64,000 bases of DNA from an uncultured Gemmatimonadales bacterium (GCA_963739455.1 CAVUAK010000003.1:1-64000); one strand, 5' to 3'. Shown: positions 49,496 to 59,177, counted from the first letter of the stretch. Translations and numbers: made by a program. The notes: a model not told the origin generated them from the letters alone.

Positions 49496-50969
49496 GTCGA
49501 TTCTCGCCCTGTTCCTCATGCTCCTGGTGCAGTCATGCGCCGTCGGTCCGTCCTACGAGCGGCCGCCGGTCGTGGCGCCCGAGACGCCGCTGGTCACCAT
49601 CCGTACGCCCGACAGTGTGCAGGCGAAGCTCGATACCGTCGTCCGCGTCCGCGACAGCCTGCTCCCTGGTGCTGCCGACCAGAAGAAGCCGTCACTCGCC
49701 ATGCGCTCCGGCACCGGCGAGGATGTGGCCTGGCTCAACCTGCTGCAGGATACCGTGCTGGTGCAGCTGGTCCGGCACGCCGTCGTCCAGAACCGCGACG
49801 TCGTGCTGGCCACGGCGCGGGTGCGGGAGGCGCGCGCCCTCGCCGGTGCCGCGAAGGGGCCGCTCTTTCCGCAGCTCGCCGCCAATGGCGCAGCCAGCAC
49901 CAACCAGGTCGTCTTCGGCTCGCTCGGCACCCAGACCTACGACGCACTTCGCGTAACGGGTGACATGCAGTGGGAAATCGACTTCTGGGGCGGCATTCGC
50001 CGGTCCGTCCAGGCGGCGAACTTCGACGCGGCGGCACAGAAGGAAGGGGAGCGTGCCGTCGTGCTGACGGTCGTGTCCGACGTCGCGGCTGCCTATGTGG
50101 ACCTCCGCGCCCTCGATGATCAACTCGCGATCTCGATGCGCACCCTCGAGAGCCGGCGGGAAACGCTGCGCATCGCGAGGCGCCGGTTCAGCCAGGGCCT
50201 GATTTCCGAGCTGGATGTCCGTCAGTTCGAGGCCGAGGTGGCGGGGCCGGCGGCGGCGGTGGCCGCGTACACCCGCGCCGTGTCACAGAAGGAAAACCAG
50301 CTCCGCGTGCTCCTGGGCGAGGGCCCGGGCGTAATTCCCCGCGGCCTGCCGCTCGTCGAGACGGTGCGTGGGCTCGAGGTGCCCGACTCGCTCCCGTCGT
50401 CGCTCGTGTCCCAGCGCCCCGATGTCATGAAGGCTGATCGGGAGCTCGCGGCGGCCACCGCGCGCATTGGCGTGGCCACGGCGAACCGCCTTCCCCAGTT
50501 CCTGGTCACCGGGTCCTACGGTACCCAGGCCACCAACACCGCCGATCTCTTCCGGAGCACCTCGGAGATCTACCTGCTGCAGGGTGGGATCTCGATTCCG
50601 CTCTTCACCGGTGGCCGGCTCGTCAACGAGCAGCGTGCGGCGCAGGCTCGCGCCGACCAGTCACGCGCGGCCTATGAGCAGACGGTGCTGGTGGCATTGC
50701 GTGAGGTAGGCGATGCTTTGGTGGGTGTCCGCACGTCACGCGACCAGGCGGCGGCGCTCGACCTGCAGGTCGCGGCACTCACGCGGGCGCGTGTGCTGGC
50801 CGATATGCGCTACCAGTCGGGACTTTCGAGCTATCTCGACCTGCTCGATGCCGACCGCACACTGTTCGCGGCCGAGCTGCAGCAGGCCCAGACGCGACAG
50901 CTGCAGCTGGTTTCCGTAGTGCAGCTCTACAAGGCGCTCGGCGGAAGCTGGACCGATGGCACCAACTAG
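49488..50969 (+). CDS. RND outer-membrane factor lipoprotein (NodT/OprM family)
   Basis: VQSC lipobox, WEIDFWG, RPDV..A, QLYKALGGSW. Confidence 0.93.
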   Translation: MRKSILALFLMLLVQSCAVGPSYERPPVVAPETPLVTIRTPDSVQAKLDTVVRVRDSLLPGAADQKKPSLAMRSGTGEDVAWLNLLQDTVLVQLVRHAVVQNRDVVLATARVREARALAGAAKGPLFPQLAANGAASTNQVVFGSLGTQTYDALRVTGDMQWEIDFWGGIRRSVQAANFDAAAQKEGERAVVLTVVSDVAAAYVDLRALDDQLAISMRTLESRRETLRIARRRFSQGLISELDVRQFEAEVAGPAAAVAAYTRAVSQKENQLRVLLGEGPGVIPRGLPLVETVRGLEVPDSLPSSLVSQRPDVMKADRELAAATARIGVATANRLPQFLVTGSYGTQATNTADLFRSTSEIYLLQGGISIPLFTGGRLVNEQRAAQARADQSRAAYEQTVLVALREVGDALVGVRTSRDQAAALDLQVAALTRARVLADMRYQSGLSSYLDLLDADRTLFAAELQQAQTRQLQLVSVVQLYKALGGSWTDGTN

Positions 50970-51904
50970 GGCGCTGCTTCCGGCGCGACAAGCACGCCGA
51001 GTTCGGTGTATCGGTTCACCGTCACGTCCACGTTCTTCACCCTGACGGGACCGAGCCCCATTCCCGTCGGGGCATCCGCCGCCAGGATGTATGCCCAGCC
51101 GGCGCTGGCCCACCGGGTGCTCGGCGACAGGTAGGCGAGCGTGAAGTTGCCGGCAGCGTCGGTCGTCCCGGTGCCCGCGACGAACCACGTACCCTCGGCA
51201 TTGTCGGGGTTTCCCACCAGCGCGCGAATCGATGCGTTCGCGATTGGCGCGCCCATCCCACTCGTCGCCCGAAGCGTCCCGCTGATCGAGCCCGTCCTGG
51301 ATGGGTCGAAGGCTTCCACCGTCGCGATGAACGCGAAACCACTGTCAGTCCGCGGTGGCTCGACGTCCTGCAGCGGTATGAAGCTCCGTCCCACGTCGAA
51401 GTGAATCAGGATGTTGCCGCCGCTGTCGGCGATCGCAATCGGTTCGGGAACGTTCGACTTGAGGATCCGCTCGCCCGCACCTGACCAGTCGATTCCCGGC
51501 GAGCTCGTGCCGGTGAGCGTCCGTCCGTCCCGGAGCGTCAGGCTCGACAGGTCGGTGTTGATGGTGACGCACACCGCCCGGTAGTCGCCGGCCGGCAGCT
51601 TGATGGTGTCGAGCAGGGCAGTGGTGCCGTGCTGCAATGCGAGCAGGTCGATGGTCCGGTTTGGCGCCGCCACCTCAACTGCCCCGGTGCACGCCGATCC
51701 CGTGCTGCCCGAATCCGTCCCCACCGTCACCCGCACGATGAACAGGTCTGCGCGCGCTACCAGGTCGTAGGGAAACGGGGTGTCGGTGATCAGGATCGAC
51801 GTCGCCGAGGAGGGCGCCCCAGAATCCGCCGGATCGGGATCAGAGCAGGTGGCCGTGCCGGCAACCAGCACTGCCAGGACGGCGAGCTTGTGTGTCACGC
51901 GCAT
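50966..51904 (-). CDS. DUF4382-like lipoprotein with carboxypeptidase-regulatory-like domain
   Basis: ILITDTPFP, IDLLALQHG, HFDVGRSF, GSISG...TTDAAGNF. Confidence 0.78.
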   Translation of the reverse strand: MRVTHKLAVLAVLVAGTATCSDPDPADSGAPSSATSILITDTPFPYDLVARADLFIVRVTVGTDSGSTGSACTGAVEVAAPNRTIDLLALQHGTTALLDTIKLPAGDYRAVCVTINTDLSSLTLRDGRTLTGTSSPGIDWSGAGERILKSNVPEPIAIADSGGNILIHFDVGRSFIPLQDVEPPRTDSGFAFIATVEAFDPSRTGSISGTLRATSGMGAPIANASIRALVGNPDNAEGTWFVAGTGTTDAAGNFTLAYLSPSTRWASAGWAYILAADAPTGMGLGPVRVKNVDVTVNRYTELGVLVAPEAAP

Positions 51905-51964
51905 GGGAACCTCCCAGGGTGATGCCGGGGACACTGAACAGGTATGTCCCGGTCCCGGTGCACG

Positions 51965-52429
51965 CTAGAGCCCCAGGTCGATTAGCCCAGGGTGGTCCGC
52001 CGGCCGGATTCCTTGCGGCCAGCGGAACAGCCGCCCCGATTCCGTGATTGCCACATCGTTGATGCTCGCGTGCCGCTCCGCCATGTAGCCGTCCGCGTCG
52101 AACTGCCAGTTCTCGTTCCCGTGCGACCGGAACCACTGACCCGACGCATCATGCCACTCGTAGACGAACCGCACCGCGATCCGGTTGTCCGTGAAGGCCC
52201 ACAGCTCCTTGATCAGCCGGTACTCCTGCTCCTTCGCCCACTTCCGCTCGAGGAACTGCACGATCTCCGCCCGGCCGCGCGGGAACTCGGAGCGGTTCCG
52301 CCAACGGCTGTCGATCGTGTAGGCCTCCGACACCCGCACCGGGTCGCGGCCGTTCCAGGCATCCTCCGCCTTTCGCACCTTGATGGTGGCGCTTTCACGG
52401 TCAAATGGCGGTAGTGGGGGTCTGGTCAT
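51965..52429 (-). CDS. DUF1348 (NTF2-like) family protein
   Basis: [32 protein letters not shown]. Confidence 0.93.
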   Translation of the reverse strand: MTRPPLPPFDRESATIKVRKAEDAWNGRDPVRVSEAYTIDSRWRNRSEFPRGRAEIVQFLERKWAKEQEYRLIKELWAFTDNRIAVRFVYEWHDASGQWFRSHGNENWQFDADGYMAERHASINDVAITESGRLFRWPQGIRPADHPGLIDLGL

Positions 52430-52477
52430 GGTGCTCCTCCGCGCCTCTTGCAATGTTGCCTGCTTCGCTGCTCATTC

Positions 52478-52756
52478 ATGGACATGGTAACTCAAGCTGC
52501 GCGCCCCCGCCTGCTCACGCTTGCCATTTCGGCGCTGCTGGCACTCCAGGCCTGGTTGCTCGCCAGTGCCGTCCTCATTGCCGCGCGTTCGCCCGGCCGA
52601 CCTGCAATGGTACCCGTCGCCAATGCCCTGGCCACGGTCCTGCTGCTGGGCGCCATGCTCGTGAGCCAGAGGCATAGGCGCATCGCGTGGGCACTCATCG
52701 TGCTTTCGGTTACCTGCATCGTCACCGCCGCAATCGTAATTCCCCGCATGCAGTAG
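52478..52756 (+). CDS. Small membrane protein
   Basis: Three hydrophobic segments; fills an intergenic gap. Confidence 0.55.
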   Translation: MDMVTQAARPRLLTLAISALLALQAWLLASAVLIAARSPGRPAMVPVANALATVLLLGAMLVSQRHRRIAWALIVLSVTCIVTAAIVIPRMQ

Positions 52757-52853
52757 GTCCGCGCTCGCCGCCTGCCTCGCTGCAGTAGATTCCCTGTGCA
52801 GTTGATGTCGTAATTGCAGGTATCGTCCCACCACGTTGTAACGGAGAAGGATC

Positions 52854-53297
52854 ATGAAGCGTTCCATCATTGCAGTCATCGCACTGCTCACTACTGCACT
52901 TCCTGCCGCTGCCCAGCAACGCATGGGTGGGCCACCCCAGTCCGGCGCCGGCATTTTCAACGGAATCACCCTCACGCCCGCGCAGCAAAAGCAGGTCGAT
53001 TCGCTGTACGCATCGAACCAGCCCATGAGGGACAAGATGCGTGCACAGATGGAATCAGGGCAGCGCCCTGACTCGGCGCAGATGGTGCAGCTGCGTGCCC
53101 AGCGGACGAAGACGCTCGGCACGTATCGCGGTTTCCTCACTCCCGACCAGCAGAAGGTGTTCGACAAGAACATCTCCGAGATGCAGTCACGCATGGAGAG
53201 CATGGGAGCTGCTGCTGGTAACAGCGAGAGGGTCGGGGCAGTGCCGCCTGCGGGGGCCGGTGCCGGAGCAAAGCCAGGCGCATCACCCAAGCCTTGA
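52854..53297 (+). CDS. Spy/CpxP-like periplasmic protein
   Basis: Signal peptide, LTPAQQ and LTPDQQ (LTxxQ) motifs. Confidence 0.8.
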   Translation: MKRSIIAVIALLTTALPAAAQQRMGGPPQSGAGIFNGITLTPAQQKQVDSLYASNQPMRDKMRAQMESGQRPDSAQMVQLRAQRTKTLGTYRGFLTPDQQKVFDKNISEMQSRMESMGAAAGNSERVGAVPPAGAGAGAKPGASPKP

Positions 53298-53809
53298 GTC
53301 AGCACCACGAAGTGCCGGCGGCGGGCACGGACGCCATTCGCATCGTCCCGTTCGAGCCCGAACTCGCCGGCCACTTCGCGCGCCTCAACCGCGAGTGGAT
53401 CGAACGATTTTTTGTCCTGGAGCCGGCCGACGTCGTCGTTCTCAACGACCCCCGGGCTGCCATCATCGACCCGGGGGGCATGATCTACTTTGCCCTCCTT
53501 GGTGAGGAGGTTGTCGGTACTTGTGCCGTCATGCCTCACGAGCCGGGAACGCTCGAGCTCGCCAAGATGGCGGTGAGCCCGTCGGCCCAGGGCCGTGGGG
53601 TGGGCCGGCTGCTGGGTGAGGCGTGCATCGTCTTCGCCCGCAGCACCGGTGCGCACACGCTGATGCTCCACAGCAGCTCGAAGCTCGCGCCGGCACTCCA
53701 CCTCTACGAGACCCTCGGCTTTCGCCACGCACCAATGCCGCCGGGCGTTGAGTATGTCCGCGCCGACGTGCACATGGAGCTGCCGCTTATTGGCGACGAT
53801 GCATCGTAA
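53294..53809 (+). CDS. GNAT acetyltransferase
   Basis: LNREWI, ELAKMAV..AQGRGVG, ALHLYETLGF. Confidence 0.88.
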   Translation: MSQHHEVPAAGTDAIRIVPFEPELAGHFARLNREWIERFFVLEPADVVVLNDPRAAIIDPGGMIYFALLGEEVVGTCAVMPHEPGTLELAKMAVSPSAQGRGVGRLLGEACIVFARSTGAHTLMLHSSSKLAPALHLYETLGFRHAPMPPGVEYVRADVHMELPLIGDDAS

Positions 53810-54431
53810 GCTGGCCGTGGTGGCCGCGGTCATCGGGTGGGCTGCGCTCATCCTCCAGATGGGCCTCACCGTCCGCAACAGCCTGGTGACCGGGCACGGC
53901 ATCGGCCACGGCCTGGCGATCTTCTTCGGCTTCTTCACCGTCACCACGAACACCTTCATTGCCCTCGTGCTGACGGCGCATGCCGTCGGGTCGAATGCGC
54001 CCTTCTGGGCCTTCTTCCGACGGCCCGTCGTGGTAACCTGCGCCACAGCCTGCATGATTACGGTCGGGATTACCTATTTCTTCTTGCTCCGGCACCTCTG
54101 GAATCCGCAGGGCCTCCAGTATTTCGTCGACGTCACCCTGCACTATGTCATGCCGGTCCTCACGGCACTCTTCTGGTGGCTGGCAGTTCCTCCTCGTACC
54201 GTTGGCTGGGGCGCGGTCGGCGCCATGCTCATCTATCCTGTCGCGTACCTGCTGTACGTCTTTGCCCGTGCTCCCCTCGTCGGCTCCTATCCCTACTACT
54301 TCATCGACGTGAACACGCTCGGCCTTGCGCGCGCGCTCCTCAATGCCGCCGCCATGACCGCGTTCTACCTGCTGGTCCTCGCTCTCTTGATTGTCCTGGA
54401 CAGTCGGCGCAGGGGAATTCGTCCCCACTAG
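53799..54431 (+). CDS. Pr6Pr-family membrane protein
   Basis: FFTVTTN, LHYVMP, YPVAYL, YPYYFID. Confidence 0.85.
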   Translation: MHRKLAVVAAVIGWAALILQMGLTVRNSLVTGHGIGHGLAIFFGFFTVTTNTFIALVLTAHAVGSNAPFWAFFRRPVVVTCATACMITVGITYFFLLRHLWNPQGLQYFVDVTLHYVMPVLTALFWWLAVPPRTVGWGAVGAMLIYPVAYLLYVFARAPLVGSYPYYFIDVNTLGLARALLNAAAMTAFYLLVLALLIVLDSRRRGIRPH

Positions 54432-54477
54432 TGGAATTCGCCGTCGCCCCGGGATGACATTCGCGGCGGTTCTGGCC

Positions 54478-54540
54478 TTGCTCCTCACGCTGTCGCAGTT
54501 CCTCCTTACGCTGTCGCTGTTCCTCCTCATGCTGTTGCAG
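54478..54540. repeat. 21-bp tandem repeat x3
   Basis: TTGCTCCTCACGCTGTCGCAG / TTCCTCCTTACGCTGTCGCTG / TTCCTCCTCATGCTGTTGCAG. Confidence 0.85.
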
Positions 54541-54592
54541 GCCTCGGCACGGCCCATGCCTTCCTTGCCTCCACTTCATCCCGGAGGCCCGC

Positions 54593-54814
54593 ATGAAGAT
54601 CGCCGCACTCCTCACCCGCCTCGCTGTCTACGCCACCGCGCTGTTCGTCGTCGTCACCGCCCGGCTCCCTGATCCCGCAACTCAATCCACCTTCTCCGCC
54701 CTGCGTGCCTCCGCGCCCGAGGCCCACGCCAGCCCCGCTCGCCTGGTTCTCGCCGGCATTCTCGTTGCCGGCATTTTCATCGAGGTACTTCGCCGGAGGC
54801 CCGTATGGCGCTGA
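54593..54814 (+). CDS. Small membrane protein
   Basis: GGAGG ribosome-binding site, two hydrophobic segments. Confidence 0.55.
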   Translation: MKIAALLTRLAVYATALFVVVTARLPDPATQSTFSALRASAPEAHASPARLVLAGILVAGIFIEVLRRRPVWR

Positions 54815-55224
54815 AGAACACCGCACCCATCGGTCGCACCGTGAAAGCTGCCTTCAACTGGGTCACCCAGGCCGGCGCCAGCACCCTCAAGAACCTTCCC
54901 TTCGGCGGTGCACTCGGTGTGGTCACGGCAGGCGTCGTCCTCTGGCTTGCCCCGCATCTCATTCCCGAGGGCTGGAGCGCCGAGGCAGTATTGAGTCTCG
55001 GCATGGGAGGGGGCATTGTCATTCATCGCCTCCTCAACGGCATGCTCGGCTGGTTCATTGAGCCGATGCGTCGTCATGTCGGGGCGCGCTGGGAGGCCTG
55101 GATTCAGCTCAACAAGCTCGAGGGGTACAGCAAGCGCGGAATGATCGCCGCCGAGCAGGCACACCTGCTCACCGATCGCATCGTGCAGGACGACATCAAC
55201 GCAAGGAAAAAGGGGCGGCTTTAG
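54805..55224 (+). CDS. Hypothetical membrane protein
   Basis: GGAGG ribosome-binding site, two TM segments, overlaps the upstream ORF. Confidence 0.65.
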   Translation: MALKNTAPIGRTVKAAFNWVTQAGASTLKNLPFGGALGVVTAGVVLWLAPHLIPEGWSAEAVLSLGMGGGIVIHRLLNGMLGWFIEPMRRHVGARWEAWIQLNKLEGYSKRGMIAAEQAHLLTDRIVQDDINARKKGRL

Positions 55225-55231
55225 CCGCCCC
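55207..55231 (-). terminator. Intrinsic terminator for the minus-strand hydrolase operon
   Basis: GGGGCGGCT-TT-AGCCGCCCC stem preceded by AAAAA (a U-tract on the minus strand). Confidence 0.65.
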
Positions 55232-55247
55232 ACGTGGTGTTCACCGT

Positions 55248-55271
55248 TCACGTCCTCACGTCTTCACGTCC
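55248..55271. repeat. Octamer tandem repeat (TCACGTCY)x3
   Basis: TCACGTCC TCACGTCT TCACGTCC, containing the cpo stop codon. Confidence 0.75.
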
Positions 55272-56085
55272 TGAGGAACTCGAGTAGGTCCGCGTTGAAC
55301 TTCTCCTTCTCCGTCGTCGTCAGGCCGTGCGCCGCGCCCGGGTACACCTTGAGCGTCGCGTCCTTCACCAGCTTGACGGCCTTCCGTGACGCGTCGTCGA
55401 TCGGGACGATCTGGTCGTCGTCGCCGTGGATGAACAGCGTCGGGACGTCGATCTTCTTGAGGTCTTCGGTGAGGTCGGTCTCGGAGAAGGCCTTGATGCA
55501 GTCGTACGCCGCCCTGAGCCCCACCTGCATCGACCACATCCAGAACGCCTCGCGCACCCCTTCGGAGATCTTGGCCCCCGGCCGATTGTAGCCGTAGAAC
55601 GCATGCTGAGGTCCTCGGTAGAACTGCGACCGGTCGCCGCTCACCCCGGCGCGGATGCCGTCGAACGCCGACAGCGGCAGGCCCTCCGGGTTCGCCTCCG
55701 ACTGCAGCATGATCGGCGGAATCGCGCCGACCAGCAGCACCTTCGAGACCCGCTTGGTGCCGTGGCGGCCGATGTAGCGCGTCACCTCGCCGCCGCCGGT
55801 CGAGTGACCCACCAGCACGATCTTCTTCAGGTTCAGCTTCTCGATCACCTCGGCGAGGTCATCGGCATACGTGTCCAGGTCGTTGCCGTTCCATGGCTGG
55901 CCCGAGCGGCCGTGCCCGCGGCGGTCGTGCGCCACCGCCCGGAACCCGTTGTTGGCCACGAACATCATCTGGTCGTCCCACGCATCGGCGTTGAGCGGCC
56001 AGCCGTGACTGAAAACCACCGGCTGCCCCTTGCCCCAGTCCTTGTAGAAGATCTTCGTCCCGTCCTTCGTGGTGACCTTGCCCAT
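55264..56085 (-). CDS. cpo: Non-heme chloroperoxidase / perhydrolase-type alpha/beta hydrolase
   Basis: [45 protein letters not shown]. Confidence 0.92.
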   Translation of the reverse strand: MGKVTTKDGTKIFYKDWGKGQPVVFSHGWPLNADAWDDQMMFVANNGFRAVAHDRRGHGRSGQPWNGNDLDTYADDLAEVIEKLNLKKIVLVGHSTGGGEVTRYIGRHGTKRVSKVLLVGAIPPIMLQSEANPEGLPLSAFDGIRAGVSGDRSQFYRGPQHAFYGYNRPGAKISEGVREAFWMWSMQVGLRAAYDCIKAFSETDLTEDLKKIDVPTLFIHGDDDQIVPIDDASRKAVKLVKDATLKVYPGAAHGLTTTEKEKFNADLLEFLRT

Positions 56086-56110
56086 TGCACTCTCCGGATG
56101 TCTGCGCTGG

Positions 56111-56166
56111 AACCCTCAACCCTCAACCCTCAACCCTGAACCCTGAACCCTCAACCCTGACCCCTC
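56111..56166. repeat. Heptamer tandem repeat (AACCCTS)x7 plus one variant
   Basis: AACCCTC x3, AACCCTG x2, AACCCTC, AACCCTG, ACCCCTC. Confidence 0.9.
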
Positions 56167-56282
56167 ACTCACGACTGGGGGTCTCCGCTGTATACCACTG
56201 GAAGTCCGGTGAGATCCTGCATGAAGGTCTCCCGGCTGACCTGCCGCGCCAAATGAGCAGGGGATATCGGTAGTTCTGTGAC

Positions 56283-56768
56283 CTAACGCGGGTCGTCTTC
56301 GGCTTTCACGTAGGTCGTGCCGGTCGGACCCACCCCGGTGATCTGCACCAGGACCGCGCTGTCCCTGGTCTCCGCGAAGTGATCGATATCGGTTGGCTCC
56401 GTGTAGTAGCTCCCGACCGGCAGCGCCTTGAGCGCTGCCGCGTCGAAGGACGAGCCGTAGCCGAAGTACCAGGTGCCCGATACCACCGTGGCCACCCGGT
56501 CGTCGGGATGCCGGTGCGCCGCGATTCTGGTGCGCGCTGGAACGTAGAGCAGGATCGTATACAGCCCCGCACCAGTCGGGTCACCCTTGAGTACCATCGT
56601 TCGTATGCCCGCCACGCCAGATGTCCCCGCGCCGGCACCGCCGTTCGCAAGGTCAAACTGGTCGGGCGTGAGACGGATCTCGGCCGCCCCTTGTGCCCCT
56701 GCCGCCGACGTCAGCACGAAGCTGGCGAGCGCGGCAATCACCCCGCGATACCATGCATGGTGTGTCAT
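56283..56768 (-). CDS. Exported cupin-domain protein
   Basis: GDPTGAGLYT, AHRHPDDR, VVSGTWYFGYG, HFA; overlaps the upstream gene's stop. Confidence 0.85.
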   Translation of the reverse strand: MTHHAWYRGVIAALASFVLTSAAGAQGAAEIRLTPDQFDLANGGAGAGTSGVAGIRTMVLKGDPTGAGLYTILLYVPARTRIAAHRHPDDRVATVVSGTWYFGYGSSFDAAALKALPVGSYYTEPTDIDHFAETRDSAVLVQITGVGPTGTTYVKAEDDPR

Positions 56769-57619
56769 GGCGTGAGGAACCCGGTGACCAGGGCGATCGT
56801 CGCCTTCGGATTCTCCTCCATGATCCAGTGCCCGGAATCTGGAACGATGCCCTCCGTCACGTCCGTCGCCACGAAGCGCATCACGGCGGCCATGGTGGGC
56901 CCGAACGACTTCTCGCCACCCACCGCCAGCACCGGCATCGTCAGTTTCCCCCGCGCTGCGACGAGTGCCTTGTTGTCGATCGCGTCCTGGTCGAATGCCT
57001 GGAACTGCGAGAACCCCGCATGCATTGCTCCGGGGCGGGAATAGAGCGCCGCGAAGTGCGCCCGGGACGCCTCGGGAAAGTTCGCCGGGTTCGCCGAAAA
57101 CTCGTTCCAGAAGCGGTCGAGATAGATCCGCTCGCGGCCCGCCACCAGCCGCTCTGCGTCCGGCCCCCAGAACGAGAAGTGCCAGAGCGCATGACTCTTC
57201 ACGATCTCGTCCCACGGGCCGATGCCCGGCAACGGTGCGTCGATGATGACGAAGCGCTTCACCCGCTCCGGATACTGCGCCGCAAAGGCGTAGCCGACCA
57301 TGTTACCGATATCATGGGTCACCAGGTCGGCCTGTGGCACGCCGAGCGCATCGAGCATTCCCGCAATGTCATGGCCCTGGGTCTTCTTGTCGTAGCCGCC
57401 CGCTGGCCGCGCCGAAAGCCCCATTCCCCGGAGATCCGGTACGATCACCGTGAAGCGGTCCTTGAGGGTAGCGGCGAGCAGCCCCCACATGTCACCGGTC
57501 TCGCCATAGCCGTGGATGAGCGCGACCGCCGGGCCTGCGCCCCCGACCCGCACGTTCAGTGTCGTCCCGTTGGTCGGGACCTGACGCACGTCGAAGCCGG
57601 GGAAGGAATGCGGATCCAT
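56765..57619 (-). CDS. Alpha/beta hydrolase (epoxide hydrolase/dehalogenase-like)
   Basis: IHGYG, PDLRGMG, nucleophile THDIG, SGHWIMEE. Confidence 0.9.
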   Translation of the reverse strand: MDPHSFPGFDVRQVPTNGTTLNVRVGGAGPAVALIHGYGETGDMWGLLAATLKDRFTVIVPDLRGMGLSARPAGGYDKKTQGHDIAGMLDALGVPQADLVTHDIGNMVGYAFAAQYPERVKRFVIIDAPLPGIGPWDEIVKSHALWHFSFWGPDAERLVAGRERIYLDRFWNEFSANPANFPEASRAHFAALYSRPGAMHAGFSQFQAFDQDAIDNKALVAARGKLTMPVLAVGGEKSFGPTMAAVMRFVATDVTEGIVPDSGHWIMEENPKATIALVTGFLTP

Positions 57620-57630
57620 TGCTTGCCTTT

Positions 57631-58551
57631 CTATGTGCCGGTGGTGATCAGCTGGCGGGAAACTTCCCAGAGACGTTCGGAATTTGACCGGTCGAGCGCG
57701 TAGGGCGCGACGCCCTCGGTGGTACCGGAGCGACGCGCGATCGGCGCCGCCTCATTGCAGTCGACGAAGTACCGGCCGCCGATTCCCTCCAGCAACGGCG
57801 ATGTCGCGACGAATACCGAAGTCGCGGCACCCTCGTCCACTGTCTTCCTCGACTCCGGAGGCGTCGACATGCCACCGCGATGGCGCTGCAGGTTGGTGTG
57901 GATCGCGCCCGGCGTGAGCGAGTTGGCGGTGATCCCATCGGCCGACCAGCGCGCCGTCGCCTCGACAGCGAAGAGGATATTCGCCGTCTTGGACTGTCCG
58001 TACGCCAGGATCGGCTCGTACGGCCGGAACGCGAAGTGGATGTCGTCGAACACCACGGGAGATAGCTGGTGCGCGCTCGAGCTCACCGACACGATGCGTG
58101 CCCCGCCCGCCTCGGCGAGTGACCGGTGCAGCCCCAGCGCCAGCGCAAGGTGGCCTAGGTGATTGGTGGCGAACTGCACATCCCGGCCCGAGTCCGTGAG
58201 ATGATTCGTCTCGGGCAGCGCCATCACGCCGGCATTGTTCACCAGCACATGGAGCGGCCCGCGCCACCGGGATACGAACGCCTGCACCGACGCGAGGTCG
58301 GCAAGATCCAGCAACTCCACTCGTATTCGCGGGCCTCCTGTCGCAGTCGCCATCGCCTCGGCGACCGGCCTGGCAGCCTCCACGTTACGCACCGCCAGCG
58401 TTACTTCAGCGCCCACTCCCGCCAGCGCCTGCGCCGTCGGGATCCCGATCCCCGATGCGCCCCCGGTCACGATGATTCGCTTGCCCGACAGGTCGATGCC
58501 AGCCACGACCTGGGCCGCCGTCGAACGAAAACCGAAGTCCGTTCTTATCAT
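57631..58551 (-). CDS. Short-chain dehydrogenase/reductase
   Basis: TGGASGIG, NNAG, TNHLGH, YGQSK. Confidence 0.92.
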   Translation of the reverse strand: MIRTDFGFRSTAAQVVAGIDLSGKRIIVTGGASGIGIPTAQALAGVGAEVTLAVRNVEAARPVAEAMATATGGPRIRVELLDLADLASVQAFVSRWRGPLHVLVNNAGVMALPETNHLTDSGRDVQFATNHLGHLALALGLHRSLAEAGGARIVSVSSSAHQLSPVVFDDIHFAFRPYEPILAYGQSKTANILFAVEATARWSADGITANSLTPGAIHTNLQRHRGGMSTPPESRKTVDEGAATSVFVATSPLLEGIGGRYFVDCNEAAPIARRSGTTEGVAPYALDRSNSERLWEVSRQLITTGT

Positions 58552-58564
58552 GACTGAATCTACT

Positions 58565-58580
58565 TCACGTCCTCACGTCC
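58565..58580. repeat. Octamer tandem repeat (TCACGTCC)x2
   Basis: Same unit as at 35599 (reverse complement) and 55248. Confidence 0.6.
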
Positions 58581-58601
58581 TCGTGTATTCAAGCTCTCAA
58601 G

Positions 58602-58617
58602 TCCCCCATTCGGGGTA
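58602..58617. promoter_or_regulatory. Candidate NarL/FixJ-type 7-2-7 inverted site
   Basis: TCCCCCA-TT-CGGGGTA in a divergent promoter region; resembles TACYYMT heptamer pairs. Confidence 0.35.
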
Positions 58618-58688
58618 TTGCAGATGTACGCTGCACGCCCGTAATCTCTCACTGCGCGTTCGTCCTTCATCTGATGGCAGGAGTCACC

Positions 58689-59177
58689 ATGAGCTCGCCC
58701 CTTCCCGCCGGCACGCCGGCCCCCGATTTCGCGCTTCCATCAGCGCCCGATCAGTTGCTGACGCTGGAGTCGTTACGCGGCAATCCCGTCATCCTGGCCT
58801 TCTATCCCGCCGACTGGAGCCCTGTCTGCGGTGACCAGATGGCGCTCTACAACGAGATTCTGCCCGAGTTCAGCCGGCACGGCGCCAGGTTGCTCGGCAT
58901 TTCGGTGGACGGCGTCTGGTGTCATGCCGCCTTCGCCGATGCGCGGCACCTCAAGTTTCCGCTCTTGAGCGACTTCGAGCCAAAGGGTGACATCGCGAAG
59001 CGCTACGGCGTGTATCGCGGGCACGACGGCTTCACCGAGCGGGCCCTCTTCGTCATCGACGCCGAGGGAATCATTCGCTGGAGCTATGTATCGCCGGTCG
59101 GGGTCAATCCTGGCGCCGATGGCATCCTCGAGGCTCTCGAGGCCCTCCCGCATTCCGCGTCTGGAGCCCGGGCATGA
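58689..59177 (+). CDS. Peroxiredoxin (AhpC/TSA redoxin family)
   Basis: APDFAL, FYPADWSPVC, GISVD, LLSDF, ERALFVID. Confidence 0.9.
   Translation: MSSPLPAGTPAPDFALPSAPDQLLTLESLRGNPVILAFYPADWSPVCGDQMALYNEILPEFSRHGARLLGISVDGVWCHAAFADARHLKFPLLSDFEPKGDIAKRYGVYRGHDGFTERALFVIDAEGIIRWSYVSPVGVNPGADGILEALEALPHSASGARA

Noticed and set aside
54478..54540. CRISPR array from the 21-bp or 37-bp repeats
   Set aside because: The units are directly adjacent or flank whole genes, there are no unique spacers of regular length, and no cas genes are present.
56111..56166. Eukaryotic telomere contamination
   Set aside because: The array is short, has mixed units and sits cleanly between two co-oriented bacterial genes.
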